This document shows positions 13,131 to 25,600 of a stretch of DNA of 64,000 nt, piece by piece (position 1 is the stretch's first letter; the number at the start of each line of letters is the position of its first letter). The stretch is from Octopus bimaculoides. Lineage: Eukaryota. The position numbers and the translations under genes were made by a program. The stretch is from contig NC_068994.1 of assembly GCF_001194135.2 (NCBI RefSeq), forward strand, positions 48,069,548 to 48,133,547, read 5' to 3'. The notes under the pieces were generated by a model, which ran no database searches, was not told where the DNA came from, and worked only from the letters and a program-made list of their open reading frames with translations.

Positions 13131-16100
13131 TCGANNNNNNNNNNNNNNNNNNNNNNNNNNNNNNNNNNNNNNNNNNNNNNNNNNNNNNNNNNNNNNNNNN
13201 NNNNNNNNNNNNNNNNNNNNNNNNNNNNNNNNNNNNNNNNNNNNNNNNNNNNNNNNNNNNNNNNNNNNNNNNNNNNNNNNNNNNNNNNNNNNNNNNNNNN
13301 NNNNNNNNNNNNNNNNNNNNNNNNNNNNNNNNNNNNNNNNNNNNNNNNNNNNNNNNNNNNNNNNNNNNNNNNNNNNNNNNNNNNNNNNNNNNNNNNNNNN
13401 NNNNNNNNNNNNNNNNNNNNNNNNNNNNNNNNNNNNNNNNNNNNNNNNNNNNNNNNNNNNNNNNNNNNNNNNNNNNNNNNNNNNNNNNNNNNNNNNNNNN
13501 NNNNNNNNNNNNNNNNNNNNNNNNNNNNNNNNNNNNNNNNNNNNNNNNNNNNNNNNTATATAAACAAATAAATACAAATATAACTCACAATTATTTGCCT
13601 CTTGACATTTCGTCTGTTTATTCCTCCCTTTTTTCTACCTGAAAATATATTAAGAAAAATTAGTGTTAAAAAAACACTGGAAAATACAATTTTTCAGTCT
13701 ACTGAGGTTAATAAGCTAAAAAATCACAATAATTTTCTTCAGCATTGTTGTCATTAACAACAACACCACCACCACCTCCATTTTAACACCCATTTTTCCT
13801 TGCTTGTATGGGTCAGACAGAACTCACTGAAGCAAATTATCTACAGCTGGATAATCTTCCTATTGCCAACTGTTATTTGTCTCCAAGCAAGGCAATATTT
13901 CACCTAGGCCAGACTTATTTTCTCAAAACATTGCAAACAAAGGATACAGTATCCATCGGATAATTTGGAATTTTATACAAATTAGACTGGCCATTTCAGT
14001 TAAGTCCTGGTTTGTGTTAAGAACAAATTCAAACTTTTTCTGGCCACAGAAAGATATCTTTCATCTTTTACTTGCTTCAATCATTAGACTGTGGCCATGC
14101 TGGGCACTGCCTTGAAGAATTTTAGTCAAATAAATTGACTCCAGTATTTGTTATTTTTTGGTAAAGCCAGGTACTATTCTGAGTCTTTTTAGCCAAACCA
14201 GTTGTTAAGTGGTGGTGGGGGACAAAGACATACCCAAGACCATATAGTTAGGAAGCCAGTTTTTTAACCACACAGCCAAGACATAAAGGTCAAACACAAC
14301 AAAAAATAAAAATAAAATAAGAATTTTTTAAAATATGAAGAACTGACCTCTTCCACGACCCCTTGGGCGGCCAGCACTCGAGGTAGGTTCACTCAATTTG
14401 GAAGAAACACTACTGGAGGGGGAAGGTGGTTCATCTTTCATAGATATGGAGATTTCCTCGTCGACACTGATGAACTTGGAGTTGATGGCAGGTGAATCGA
14501 CACCTTCTGTTTCAGTAATAGGTTGATCATCACTGCTGTCTTTGCTGGTTTCCTGGAGAAAAGAACATTAGACATGTCAAGACAAAAACGACAAAGTTGC
14601 TATAGCACCAGAACAGGGGCCCTCTAATCCTCACCTCTTACTTCCCTACACAGTATTTGTTAACAGCTATTTAGACTTAACTACTCGCTACATGGTATCT
14701 GTTAACAGCCATTAAATCTCTACTGCTCACTAAATGGTATCTTTTAACAGCTAGGTGGACTCATTCACTTATGGCATAGAACTTCACTCAGTCAAATGTA
14801 CTGGACTATTCCCTGCACAGTGTCCGTTAACAGCTAGGTGAAGCAAATTATCAACAATTAAGTGCCTCAAATCTAGACAACGCTAATATACCCAGATCCA
14901 TGATACTTAACCCTTTAGCATTTGGATTATTTATTCTAATGTAATACTTATTTATTTACGTTGCTTTGATTTCATTATCCATTGTCTTGTAACTTCAGGA
15001 TTTCGATGATGTGACTGTGTATTATTGTAGGGTAGGTGTGAGAGGCTAGATCTAGCCAGTTTGTACATAAAACAAGCATTAGTGTAGCTGGAGGGGGACA
15101 GAGGAGTCAGTCCATCCCAGGAGGCACCACTTTTGGGTCTGCTGTAGGCAATAAGTAAATTTTTGTGGGGGCCCCGGGGGCAGCAAACTGAAGGGTTGCC
15201 CAGGGCAGCACACACTCTAGCTACGCTAGTGCGGATATGGCTGGTTTAAATGCTAAAGGGTTAACTCTGTGAAAAGATACATGCAAATTAACATTTCAAC
15301 TAATAGTCCAACACACTATCTCCTCCTAATATGTGAAAATAATTTTGCTGTGAGCAAAAGTCTCTCTTACATCCATCTTAAGCTGAGTTTGAGTCGTCAA
15401 TGTTGAAGTTGGGGTTTCTGATTTATGCAGCGACTCCAAGGACACAGTTTCGGCAAATGTTGTGGCGGCTCCGTGAGTGTCTTCTCCTTCTGTCTTTGGT
15501 GACAAAGCCGGAACCTGTTGCGTTTCCTCCTCATCTAGGTCAACATTCGTTGCAGTGTGTAACGTCACCTTTGGTTTAACATCCTCAACAGTCACAGGTT
15601 CTTTAGCTTGTGAATCTAGCGATGACGTGTCCTCATCTTGGATGTTTGGAACTGGGATCTTCTCTTCAATAGTTTCTAAAAGTAAAATAATTAAATAAAA
15701 TAGATTTTAAAAACTGAAACAGAAAACTCGTTTGCACCTTAAAGGTCCACTCTTACACCTTGTCATCAAACTCCAGTTCCTCACCAACCCTTTCTTCTAA
15801 AATGTGAGTATTCATATAGCTCCTCTTCAGCAAGAAACCTGTTCTGCTTTGACCCTTTTTCCTGCTCATACTTAACCCCTCTCTACTTCTTACTCTCCAA
15901 ATGTAGAGTTCTCCATCCCCACTAGACGTCTGTAGTCTTGCAAGCTGCATTGCTATCTCACTAGCACTGGTAGCATGAAAGAAGCACCCAGAGTACGCAG
16001 AAAAGTGGTTGGTGTTAAAAAGGGCATCCAGCCATAGAAACCATGCTAAACAGATGCTGGAGCACAATGCAGTCCTTGGTTCCACTGTATTCTGTCAGAT

Positions 16101-19100
16101 CATCCAACCAATGCCAGCATGAAACATGGGACATTAAATGATGATGTTTTATCCTAGAAGAATTATTAGTCATGTCTGGTACTTATTCTATAGTTCTCAT
16201 TTGTTGCAGAGCTGCTAAGTTATGGGGATAAACAAACCAACACTTGTTGTCAAGTGGTGTGTGTGTGTGTGTGTATGCGAGAAACACACAAACACACAGA
16301 GAAAAATATGAAATGCATCACGAATTTGTGTCACCCTTGGACAAGGGCTATGCTAATCTCTGTATCATTGCAAATTCGTAAAGCATTCCATATTTTTATA
16401 TATACATGATGGGCTTCCACACAGTTTCCAACAACCAAATTCACTTACCAAGCACAGGTTGGCCCAGGACTGCAACAGAAGGAACTTCGCCCAAGGTGCT
16501 GCACAATGAGACTGAACACGAAACTATGTGGTTGCAAAGCGAGCTTCTTAACCACATAATCATTGCCCAGAAAATGTCATCATGCTTGGAAAAAAGATGG
16601 AAAGCCTTTGATCACATGTCTGCTCTGGGTGTAAGTTGCTTACCAAAATGGTTATCATAAGTTCCAACCTTACTACTACTACTACTACTACTACAACAGG
16701 TAGTGCATTGCATCAAGGGTTCCCAAGCACATAGCTTTTTCTGTCTGGTTCACAAATAGCATCTTTCCCTTACATGACAATTCAGTGGTTAGCAGTATGG
16801 GAATAATGCAAATATCCAGCAGTTATAAAAGAAAACTTATCAAAACAATACAACAAAATACAAAATACCAACCCCACCAATTCCTTTTATCTTTTACCTG
16901 CAGGGTTTTAGTTGAACAAACTGACCCTCATATTTATTCTATCAGCTTCTTTTAGTGAACTGCTAAGACATGGAGATATAAACAAACACTAGTTGTTAAG
17001 TGGTGATGGTGGTGGTGGGGGGACAGACACAAACACACACACACACAGATACAACGGGCTTCCGCACAGGTCCCATCTACTGAATATACTCACAAGGCAT
17101 AGGTCAGCCTAGGGCTATAGTAGAAGGTAGTTGCCCCAGGTGTCATGCGGTGGGACTGAACCTGGAACTACATGGTTGCAAAAAAGTAAGATTCTTAACC
17201 ATACAGCCATGCCTGCACCAATAGAACAAACAAAACATAACACAAGAGCAATGACACTCAGCCCCTTTTTTTGTCCATTCATGCTGCGTAACAAGAAGTT
17301 TGCCGTTACCTTGCGTCACCGATTGAGGGTCAGTAGCCTGAGTAGTTGTACTTTCAATGGATTCTTCTTTCACAGCTAGCGGATCCTCAATTTCAACTTC
17401 CTTTTTTTCTAAACTTTGGCTGACTGCCAGGCCCGGAGAAGTATCCAGGCCCAGAGAATGTATTTTGGTTTGGTTAGGTGTGCCAAGTAGCTTTGATAAT
17501 GTAGGAGCAGCTGGTTTCAACAAAAGAAATAGAATAATAACAATAACAACAACAACAGTACTGATAATTTCTAACTCAGGGACAAGGTCATGCACTTTGA
17601 GGAAAAGTGCAAATGATTACTTGTTCAGTACTTTACTTTAAATGATAAACACAAATAAATGTAGAGCAGTATATTACTTCCTGGAAGGGTCTCCATGCTG
17701 GACAGGCTCAAGGATAAAAGCCAGGCCAATTGGAGGAAATGTCAAGTGACCAAGAATTTTGGCGATTTGCTGTGCTTGAGAAGACATGCTAAGCTAAGTG
17801 AATCGTGGTCATTGCCAGTGCTGTCGACACATAAGAAACATCTGTACTGGTGATGCGTAGAGGCTCCATTCTTACCTTATTGCCAAAAAAAAAAAAAAAA
17901 AAAAAAAAGAGGTGAGGGCAGTATGGCAAAGGTTGGAATGCCTGTAATCCCAAGTTTGTTTGTTCAAACCTAACATAAGATTAAACTTAGTCATATGTAC
18001 ATAGTCTGCTACAAATGTGTTTGAATTAAACCCCCACATCACCAAAAGAACTTATTTGCCTCCTAGACATACTTTGTTAATAATTTTCGTCTTAATTTAA
18101 AATCTCTCTACAGCAAGGCTGTGTTAAGAATTTGCTTTCCAACCACATGGTTTCAGGTTCAGCCCTACTTTGTGGCACCTTGGGCAAGTGTCTTCTACTA
18201 TAGCCACAGGCTGACCAAAACCTTGTAAATGGATTTGGTAGATGGAAACTGAAAGAAGTCTTATACATATATATATGTATGTGTGTATGTATGTATGTAT
18301 CTATGTCTGCATGTCTTTGCATCTGTGTCTATTCCCCCATCACTGACAACCAACGTTGGTGTGTTTAAATCCCAGTAACCTAGTGGTTTGGCAAATGATA
18401 TCAATAGAATAAGTACAAGGCTTTAAAAAATAAGTCCTGGGGTCAATTCAATTGACTAAAAAGCCTTCGAGGCAGTGTCCTAGTATGGCTGCAGTCGAAT
18501 GACTGAAACAAGTAACATATAGAAGACACAGCTTAACTTACCAAGTACTGACATTGTTTAATTCAGAGCAAATCAATTTATTTTATATATCATTTTGTGA
18601 ATAATAGTGCCACTAGCTACAGGTTTCCAAAGGGACAATCATTTGTTTCTGACATTTATGAAGGAGGAAATGGCAAAGGAGTGAGTGAGTGAGTGCATGC
18701 ATAACCTGGGTGGAAAAGATGCCACAAGGTATTTTAGTTCCAAAGAATACTGGTTTACAAATTTTCTTGGTGATGTTTTACATCTTTTGCTAATATTCAT
18801 CAGTAANNNNNNNNNNNNNNNNNNNNNNNNNNNNNNNNNNNNNNNNNNNNNNNNNNNNNNNNNNNNNNNNNNNNNNNNNNNNNNNNNNNNNNNNNNNNNN
18901 NNNNNNNNNNNNNNNNNNNNNNNNNNNNNNNNNNNNNNNNNNNNNNNNNNNNNNNNNNNNNNNNNNNNNNNNNNNNNNNNNNNNNNNNNNNNNNNNNNNN
19001 NNNNNNNNNNNNNNNNNNNNNNNNNNNNNNNNNNNNNNNNNNNNNNNNNNNNNNNNNNNNNNNNNNNNNNNNNNNNNNNNNNNNNNNNNNNNNNNNNNNN

Positions 19101-19158
19101 NNNNNNNNNNNNNNNNNNNNNNNNNNNNNNNNNNNNNNNNNNNNNNNNNNNNNNNNNN

Positions 19159-19205
<47 letters not shown>

Positions 19206-22200
19206 TCAATAAATGGCAGGCTACTATAGTCTCTGTTCATCAAATTTCACTCACAAGGCACTGTTCAATCTAAGGCTCTGATGGGAGGCATTTGTCTGAT
19301 GTGCATGTAGTAGGATTGAACTCGGAATCGTGTGGTTTTGAAATGAACTGTTTTACCACGGAGCCATGCCTGCATCCAGATATGTGATATATCAAATAGC
19401 TTCATATCAAAATCATTTTTGACAACATCAGTGCAAATAATGAGAAACTGAAATTTAAAGGAAGAGCAGACACGTGCAAGAGAAAAGGGGGATGGGTGGG
19501 AAGGGAGGAATTCTATTTGCTAAAGATATAAAGATCTTAAATAATTTAATTATAGCTAAATGAAGAATAGAACAAAAATAAAGACAGCCTTTCTTGCTTC
19601 TTACAAAGGAATTTATGTCATTTATAAAAGCTGTAAATCTGAAGGTGAAACTTACAGGTAGAGGGGGACGTATTATCAACAGAGACCCTGTTCATTACTG
19701 TAGGCAGGTCACCTGAGAGTGCACCAAGAACTGTGGGAGTGGCTGAAGATAGGACTTTTGAAGCTGCCAGAACAGTCATTGGTGGCAGTTGTTGTGTAGA
19801 AGTGACAGTGCTGGCAGTGGAAGAGAGAGTTGATAGTTGAGATGTGCTGAGGGTTGCAATAGCTGGCAGTGGAGTGGTGACAGGTGAACTGTGGTTACTG
19901 CTTGAGGAGACTGGCTTACTGGAAATGGATACGTTCAGGCTCGATGAGCTGGTTGTCACATTAACTGGTAATTCCACTGCGGTCAGCGCTGATGAAGTGG
20001 AAAGTGGCAATTGAAGAGAATGTGTGACTGGAACTTGCAAATGTTGAAGTGCCTGGAAAGCAGAGTGTTCCTGTTCAGCTTCCTAAAAGAGAATTGTCAA
20101 TATTGTTATTACATGTGGTGGTGGTGTTCTGTCAATATTCATAAAAATAAAAAAATATAAAGCTGTGATATATATGGGTATGGCTGTATAAATAAACATT
20201 ATCTGATGTACAATAACACCACACAGGTGCTTTTATGTGGCACCACACAGGTGCTTTACATGGAACTGTCACAAGTATGGAGGAGGGGATAAGTTAATTA
20301 CATCGACCCCAGTGCTCAAAAAGATGAAAAGCAAAGTTGACCTCAGCGGAATTTGAACTCAGAACATAAACACAGACAAAATGCTGCTAAGCATTTTCCC
20401 CGGCATGCTAACGATTCTGCCAGCTCGAGACCTTACACCAGCTTAATAACAACAAAGTTATTTTATTAAATTCTTGATTATTTTCAGTTAATTACAACAC
20501 AGGCGGTGTATGTCAACAGCAATATGGTTGCAAAAAAGGGTTCCAAAACAGGAAAAGGACAAACCTTCTTCAGTTGCTGGAGGCTGTCAGCACTTTTTAA
20601 TTTACTCTGTAATAAGGAAGAGAGCAGTGGAGACGACGGTGGGGTCGGTTTGGTTTTCTGTTGCTGTTGCTGCTGTAGTTGCTGCTGCTGCTGCTGTTGT
20701 TGTTGTTGTTGTTGCTGTTGCTGTTGTGGTGGAGGAGGAGGTGGTTGTGGTGGTAGCTGTTGCAACTGTTGTTGTAGTTGTACAGATTGCTGCTGCTGTT
20801 GCTGTTGTTGCTGTGGAGGTTGTGTTTGTTGTTGTTGCTGTTGCTGTGCGTGTTGCTGCTGCTGCTGTTGTTGTTGCTGCTGTTGCTGTGACAGTTGAGA
20901 CAAAGTATGAAGTTGCTGTTGTTGTGATTGACGCTGCTTCTGTTGTTGCTGCTGCTGCTGCTGTTGCTGTTGCTTTTGTTGTTGTTGCTGTTGTTGTTGT
21001 TGTTGTTGTTGTAGTTGCAGCTGCTGTAACTGTTGCATCTGAATATGTTGTAACTGTTTCAAGTGCAACTGTTGCTGCTGCTGCTGTTGTTGCTGCTGCT
21101 GTGATGATCCCTGTGACACTACCGGCACAGATGTACCAGCTGCCTGAGTTTGCACCACTTTACTACTACTGCTGCTGCTGCTGCTACTACTACTATTGCT
21201 GCTGCTACTGCTACTATTAGTAGTAGTAGTATTAACCAACTCAGGCTGCTCGGTCACCTGTGGCGTTATGTGTCTCGGTTCAAAGTCTTCAGCTTCCTGC
21301 AGAAAGAAAATTAGAAAAAAAGAGTAAGATAAAACTTGAAACAATTGACTAAAGATTTTTTAAATCCTAAGTCAGCTCTGATCAAGCAGACTTATAATTA
21401 AAGGTTTCCAAGTTTGACTATTTTGTCTTTTTTACAGACATATCATATCTAAGATTACATTAGATGGTTTGAGAGATTTGGTTGCTATTTCTTGCAGGTT
21501 GGACAACAACGTAAGGGCTTCTTCACTGGCTTGTCCTGTAATTGTTTCTCAGTTTCTCTGGCGTAGACATTTCTACTTGGATGGGACACCGGTCCATCAC
21601 AGGATTACTCAATTTTATCAGTTGAGTGGACTGGAACAACGTGAAATGAATTGTTTTGCTCAAGAACACGAAACCCATAACCTGGTCCAGGAATCAAATC
21701 CACAATCCTACAATCATGAATCCAACACCCTAACCACTAAGTCATGTGTCTTCACAGTTGACCAAAGAGTGGATTTAAATCATTCATAAGAGAAGACCTC
21801 GAATGTTGAGGCAAGACTAGACAAAACAAAAAACGAGGAAATTTTAATAAGACTATATTTACTGTAATTTTCTCGGCTGTTGAAGTTTCTGTTGTGGGTT
21901 CATCATCTTTATCGTCAAACACATCTGTTGATGATGGTGGTCGGCTACGTTTCGGATTCGGACGTTTTATTTTAAAGGAACCTAAAAAAAGAAATAAAGA
22001 AGTGAAAAACAATCTCTTAAAAAATGCTGAATTGGTAAATGTTGTAATGAGAACCCATAACTAAATATCTTAAAAAGTTAAAGAAGTGATTTTTAAATTC
22101 TCAATCGCACAGGCTATAATTAATAGCATTATCCTGCGATTGAGAATTTAAAAATCACTTCTTTAACTTTCTAAGACATCTCAACGCTTCTAAAAGCAAA

Positions 22201-22623
22201 CTTTGTTTGTTTGTTTACGTTTGTCGTAATTTGAATTTAAATATCTTAAATTTAATTGTCCAAAAATTTCCAGTGGCATTTGAAGTCAGAATGTAAAGAT
22301 GGATGAAACGCCACTTAGAATTTTGCCCAGCGTGCTAACAATTCTGTCAGCTCACCTCATTACTATCATCATTTAACATCTGTTTTGCATGCTGGCAAGG
22401 CTAGGGCCCACACCAGGTACCATTGTCTTTTTTGGCTCTTCCTAAAGCCAACCACTTTACAGAGTGTACTGGGTGCTATTATACATGGCACAATCAGAAG
22501 TGTCTTTTATGTGATGCCATCAGCAGTGCTTTTTGTGGCACCATCAGCACCAGCACCAATGCTTTTCACATAGCACCTTGCTTTTAATAATAATAATAAT
22601 GGTGGTGGTGGTGATGATGATGA

Positions 22624-22661
<38 letters not shown>

Positions 22662-25600
22662 CTTCTTACCTATTGAGGCTAAAGTTCTGTGAGGATCTAA
22701 AGAACCTTCTGTTCTTCCAGTCTTCCGAGAAGCAGCAGCAGCAGCAGCAGCAGCAGCTTGGACAGCGGCATCTTTTACCTTCTTCTCCCTATAAACAATT
22801 AATGAGTTTCATGAAAGACATAGTATTAGTTTGCAAAGTAATAACATTTATTATAGAAAACAATGCAGAAGATGAAAAAGCAGTTTGAGTGTAGGATTAG
22901 GATGGTCACCTAACAGCTAGAAATAGCAGCAAAAAAAAAAAAAAGAAAAAAAATCTCCTTCAAACTATATCCTGACCTGGCTCTCTGTCAGTTACAAGCG
23001 GTTCCATTGATTTGATCAATGGAAGAGCCTGTTCGTGAGATTAATGTGCAAGTGACTGGGTATTCCACAGGCATGTGTACCCTTAACATAGTTCTCAAGG
23101 AGATTCAGTGAAAGAATGTGACAAAGCTGGCTCTTTTTAATTACAGCTACAACTCATTTTTGCCAGCTGAGTGAACTGGAGCAATGTGAAATAAAGTGTC
23201 TTGCTCAAGGTCACAACGTACTTCTGGGAATTGAACACACAACCTCACAATACCCTCAAACTATACCCTACTGCCTTAAATAAGGAAAGGATATGTTAGA
23301 TAGTTTAACCATAGATTCTCCTAGAAGAGACAGTCTGATCATGACTGGAATACATTTGGACACAGGTCTGCTTTATCAAAGATGACCTGGGGCTAAATAA
23401 CATGCTCTGCTTTTTTCTTGAGTGCCTTTAGCAGAGTTCACTCTGTGACAAGCACTGAAACGAGATCCCTGGTTCCCTCCTTGCCTACACTTATACTACA
23501 GATGCTGCTTAAGATGGCCAACAGCAGCATCAATCTCACCAGTCTGAGAAGGCATGCAAATGTCATGAGCTCTACTTCTCGTCCTCTTCTGAATAATTTG
23601 TTAAAAAAAAAAAACTTGACCAGTCTTTGAGTCTATTAAATTACTTGACCTTTTTACATGACCAGAAATATCCATCAATGCATGGCTAACACACAAAATA
23701 TACCCACAGAATCATACATACACACATAAATATACATGCTAAAATACATGCACTCATACTCACAAAAACACATACACATACAAATATACACACAAATATA
23801 TATAAAAACAACACAAATACACACACTAAAACATACATTCACACATAAATTTACACACAAAATGCTGGTGGCATGTAAAAAGCACCATTTGAGTGCGGCC
23901 GATGTCAGTGCCGCCTGACAGGCACCTGTGCCGGTGGCATGTAAAAAACACCATTCAAGTGTGGTCGATGCCAGTGCTGCCTGACTGGCTCCCATGCCAG
24001 TGGCATGTAAAAAGCATCCACTACACTCTCAGAGTGGTTGGCGTTAGGAAGGACATCCAGCTGTAGAAACCTTGCCAAATCAGATTGGAGCTTGGAGCAG
24101 CCTCCTGGCTTGCCAATCTTCGGTCAAACCATCCAACCCATGCCAGCACCAAAAGCAGATGTTAAACGACGATGATGACACGCATAAACACATACACTAA
24201 TTAACAGAAGTCGATCAACAATATTACTTACTGGACCATGGCTTCCCATACTTCTTGGATACAGTCATCAAACTGGCCGTTTTTTATGCATTCAATTTCT
24301 CGTTTTAACTTTCTGGTATATAAATAGAGGGAGTCAATAATGAGTATTCCATCACACACACACACATGATGCAATAGTTTGATATTTTTTAAAAAACTAC
24401 AAGATAACTATATTAAGATTCCATCTATATAACTCATTGCATCCAAGTTCCATCTGTATAATTTAATACATAATTGGTTCCATGAAAAAGCACCTAGCAC
24501 ACTCTGTAAAATGCCTGGTGTTAAGAAGGGCACCCAACCATGGAAACCAATCTAAAAATGAAATACATGAGTAAGATGTGGTTTCCCCACCATCTAACCC
24601 ATACTAACATAGAAAGCAGACATAAAACTATGAAGCTGATGTTTCATCTATAGAACATATTACTTATGAGCTCCATTCCAACTCATTAAATATGAGTCCC
24701 AACTATATCATCATTGTTTTAATGTCCACTTTTCCATGCTTACATGGGTCAGACAGCATTTGCTGAGGCAGTTTCTTACACAAATAATATTTGACAAGAC
24801 TTAGTGAAAAATATTGAATGTCTGAAAACTTCCCACCATCACCAGTCTTTGCTTGCAATAATACTATTGATACAGTTGCATTTTAATTGGCATATATAAC
24901 TATAAGGAATAAGAAATAATGGGACTGGCTACAAGATATTTTTTATGGATTAGTCAAAGGAAGACAGGGAGCTTTTTTTCTCATTTTCTGTCTTATATTG
25001 GTAGTCATTTATGAAAATTTTACCCAAACTTCTGATAAATTTGAAGTTTCAGCAATTCAAGTAATAGTTTAAATAAGTAAATGAGCCAACAGTTATAACC
25101 AGATCACGAGTTAAAAACAAAGTACAAACTTCCATATTATACAAACCTGTATCTGTTTTCTTCTTCAACGATAATTTTTTTCAATTCTTCAAGTCGATCC
25201 ATGGTGAGTTTGCGTACAATTAATTCACCAGGAGTTTCATTAGCTTCTTTATCACTACGTTTTCTTCTAGAGGAAAAATGTCAAAAAAAAAGACAAACAA
25301 ACCAAAACAATATAATTTACTCTATTAAGTTTATACAGTGGAATACAGCTCAAATATCAGGGATCACATATAAACATCCTTGACAAGATTCAAAACAAAG
25401 TCATTTGACAGACTGCCGAAAGACCTGACTCCCACCATTAAGTTACAACTACTAGTTTACAGAAACCGTCTTTTCTCTCCACTTCTTTTGTTACAACAAT
25501 GACCTCTTCTCTGAACCTAAAGATTCAGTACAATCTCCTCCTATGAATCACTTGCCATCTCCACTCTTCACACTGACCCTCCCAAATTATTGTAATGCTT

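Noticed and set aside
20506-21220. Plus-strand poly-Cys (130 aa) and poly-Val/Ala (236 aa) ORFs
   Set aside because: Antisense shadows of the CAA/CAG tract; the - frame has proper splice sites and joins BRD8 in frame.
23868-24020. Repeat resembling a CRISPR array
   Set aside because: Contiguous degenerate 66-bp units without unique spacers, inside a SINE, eukaryotic context, no cas genes.
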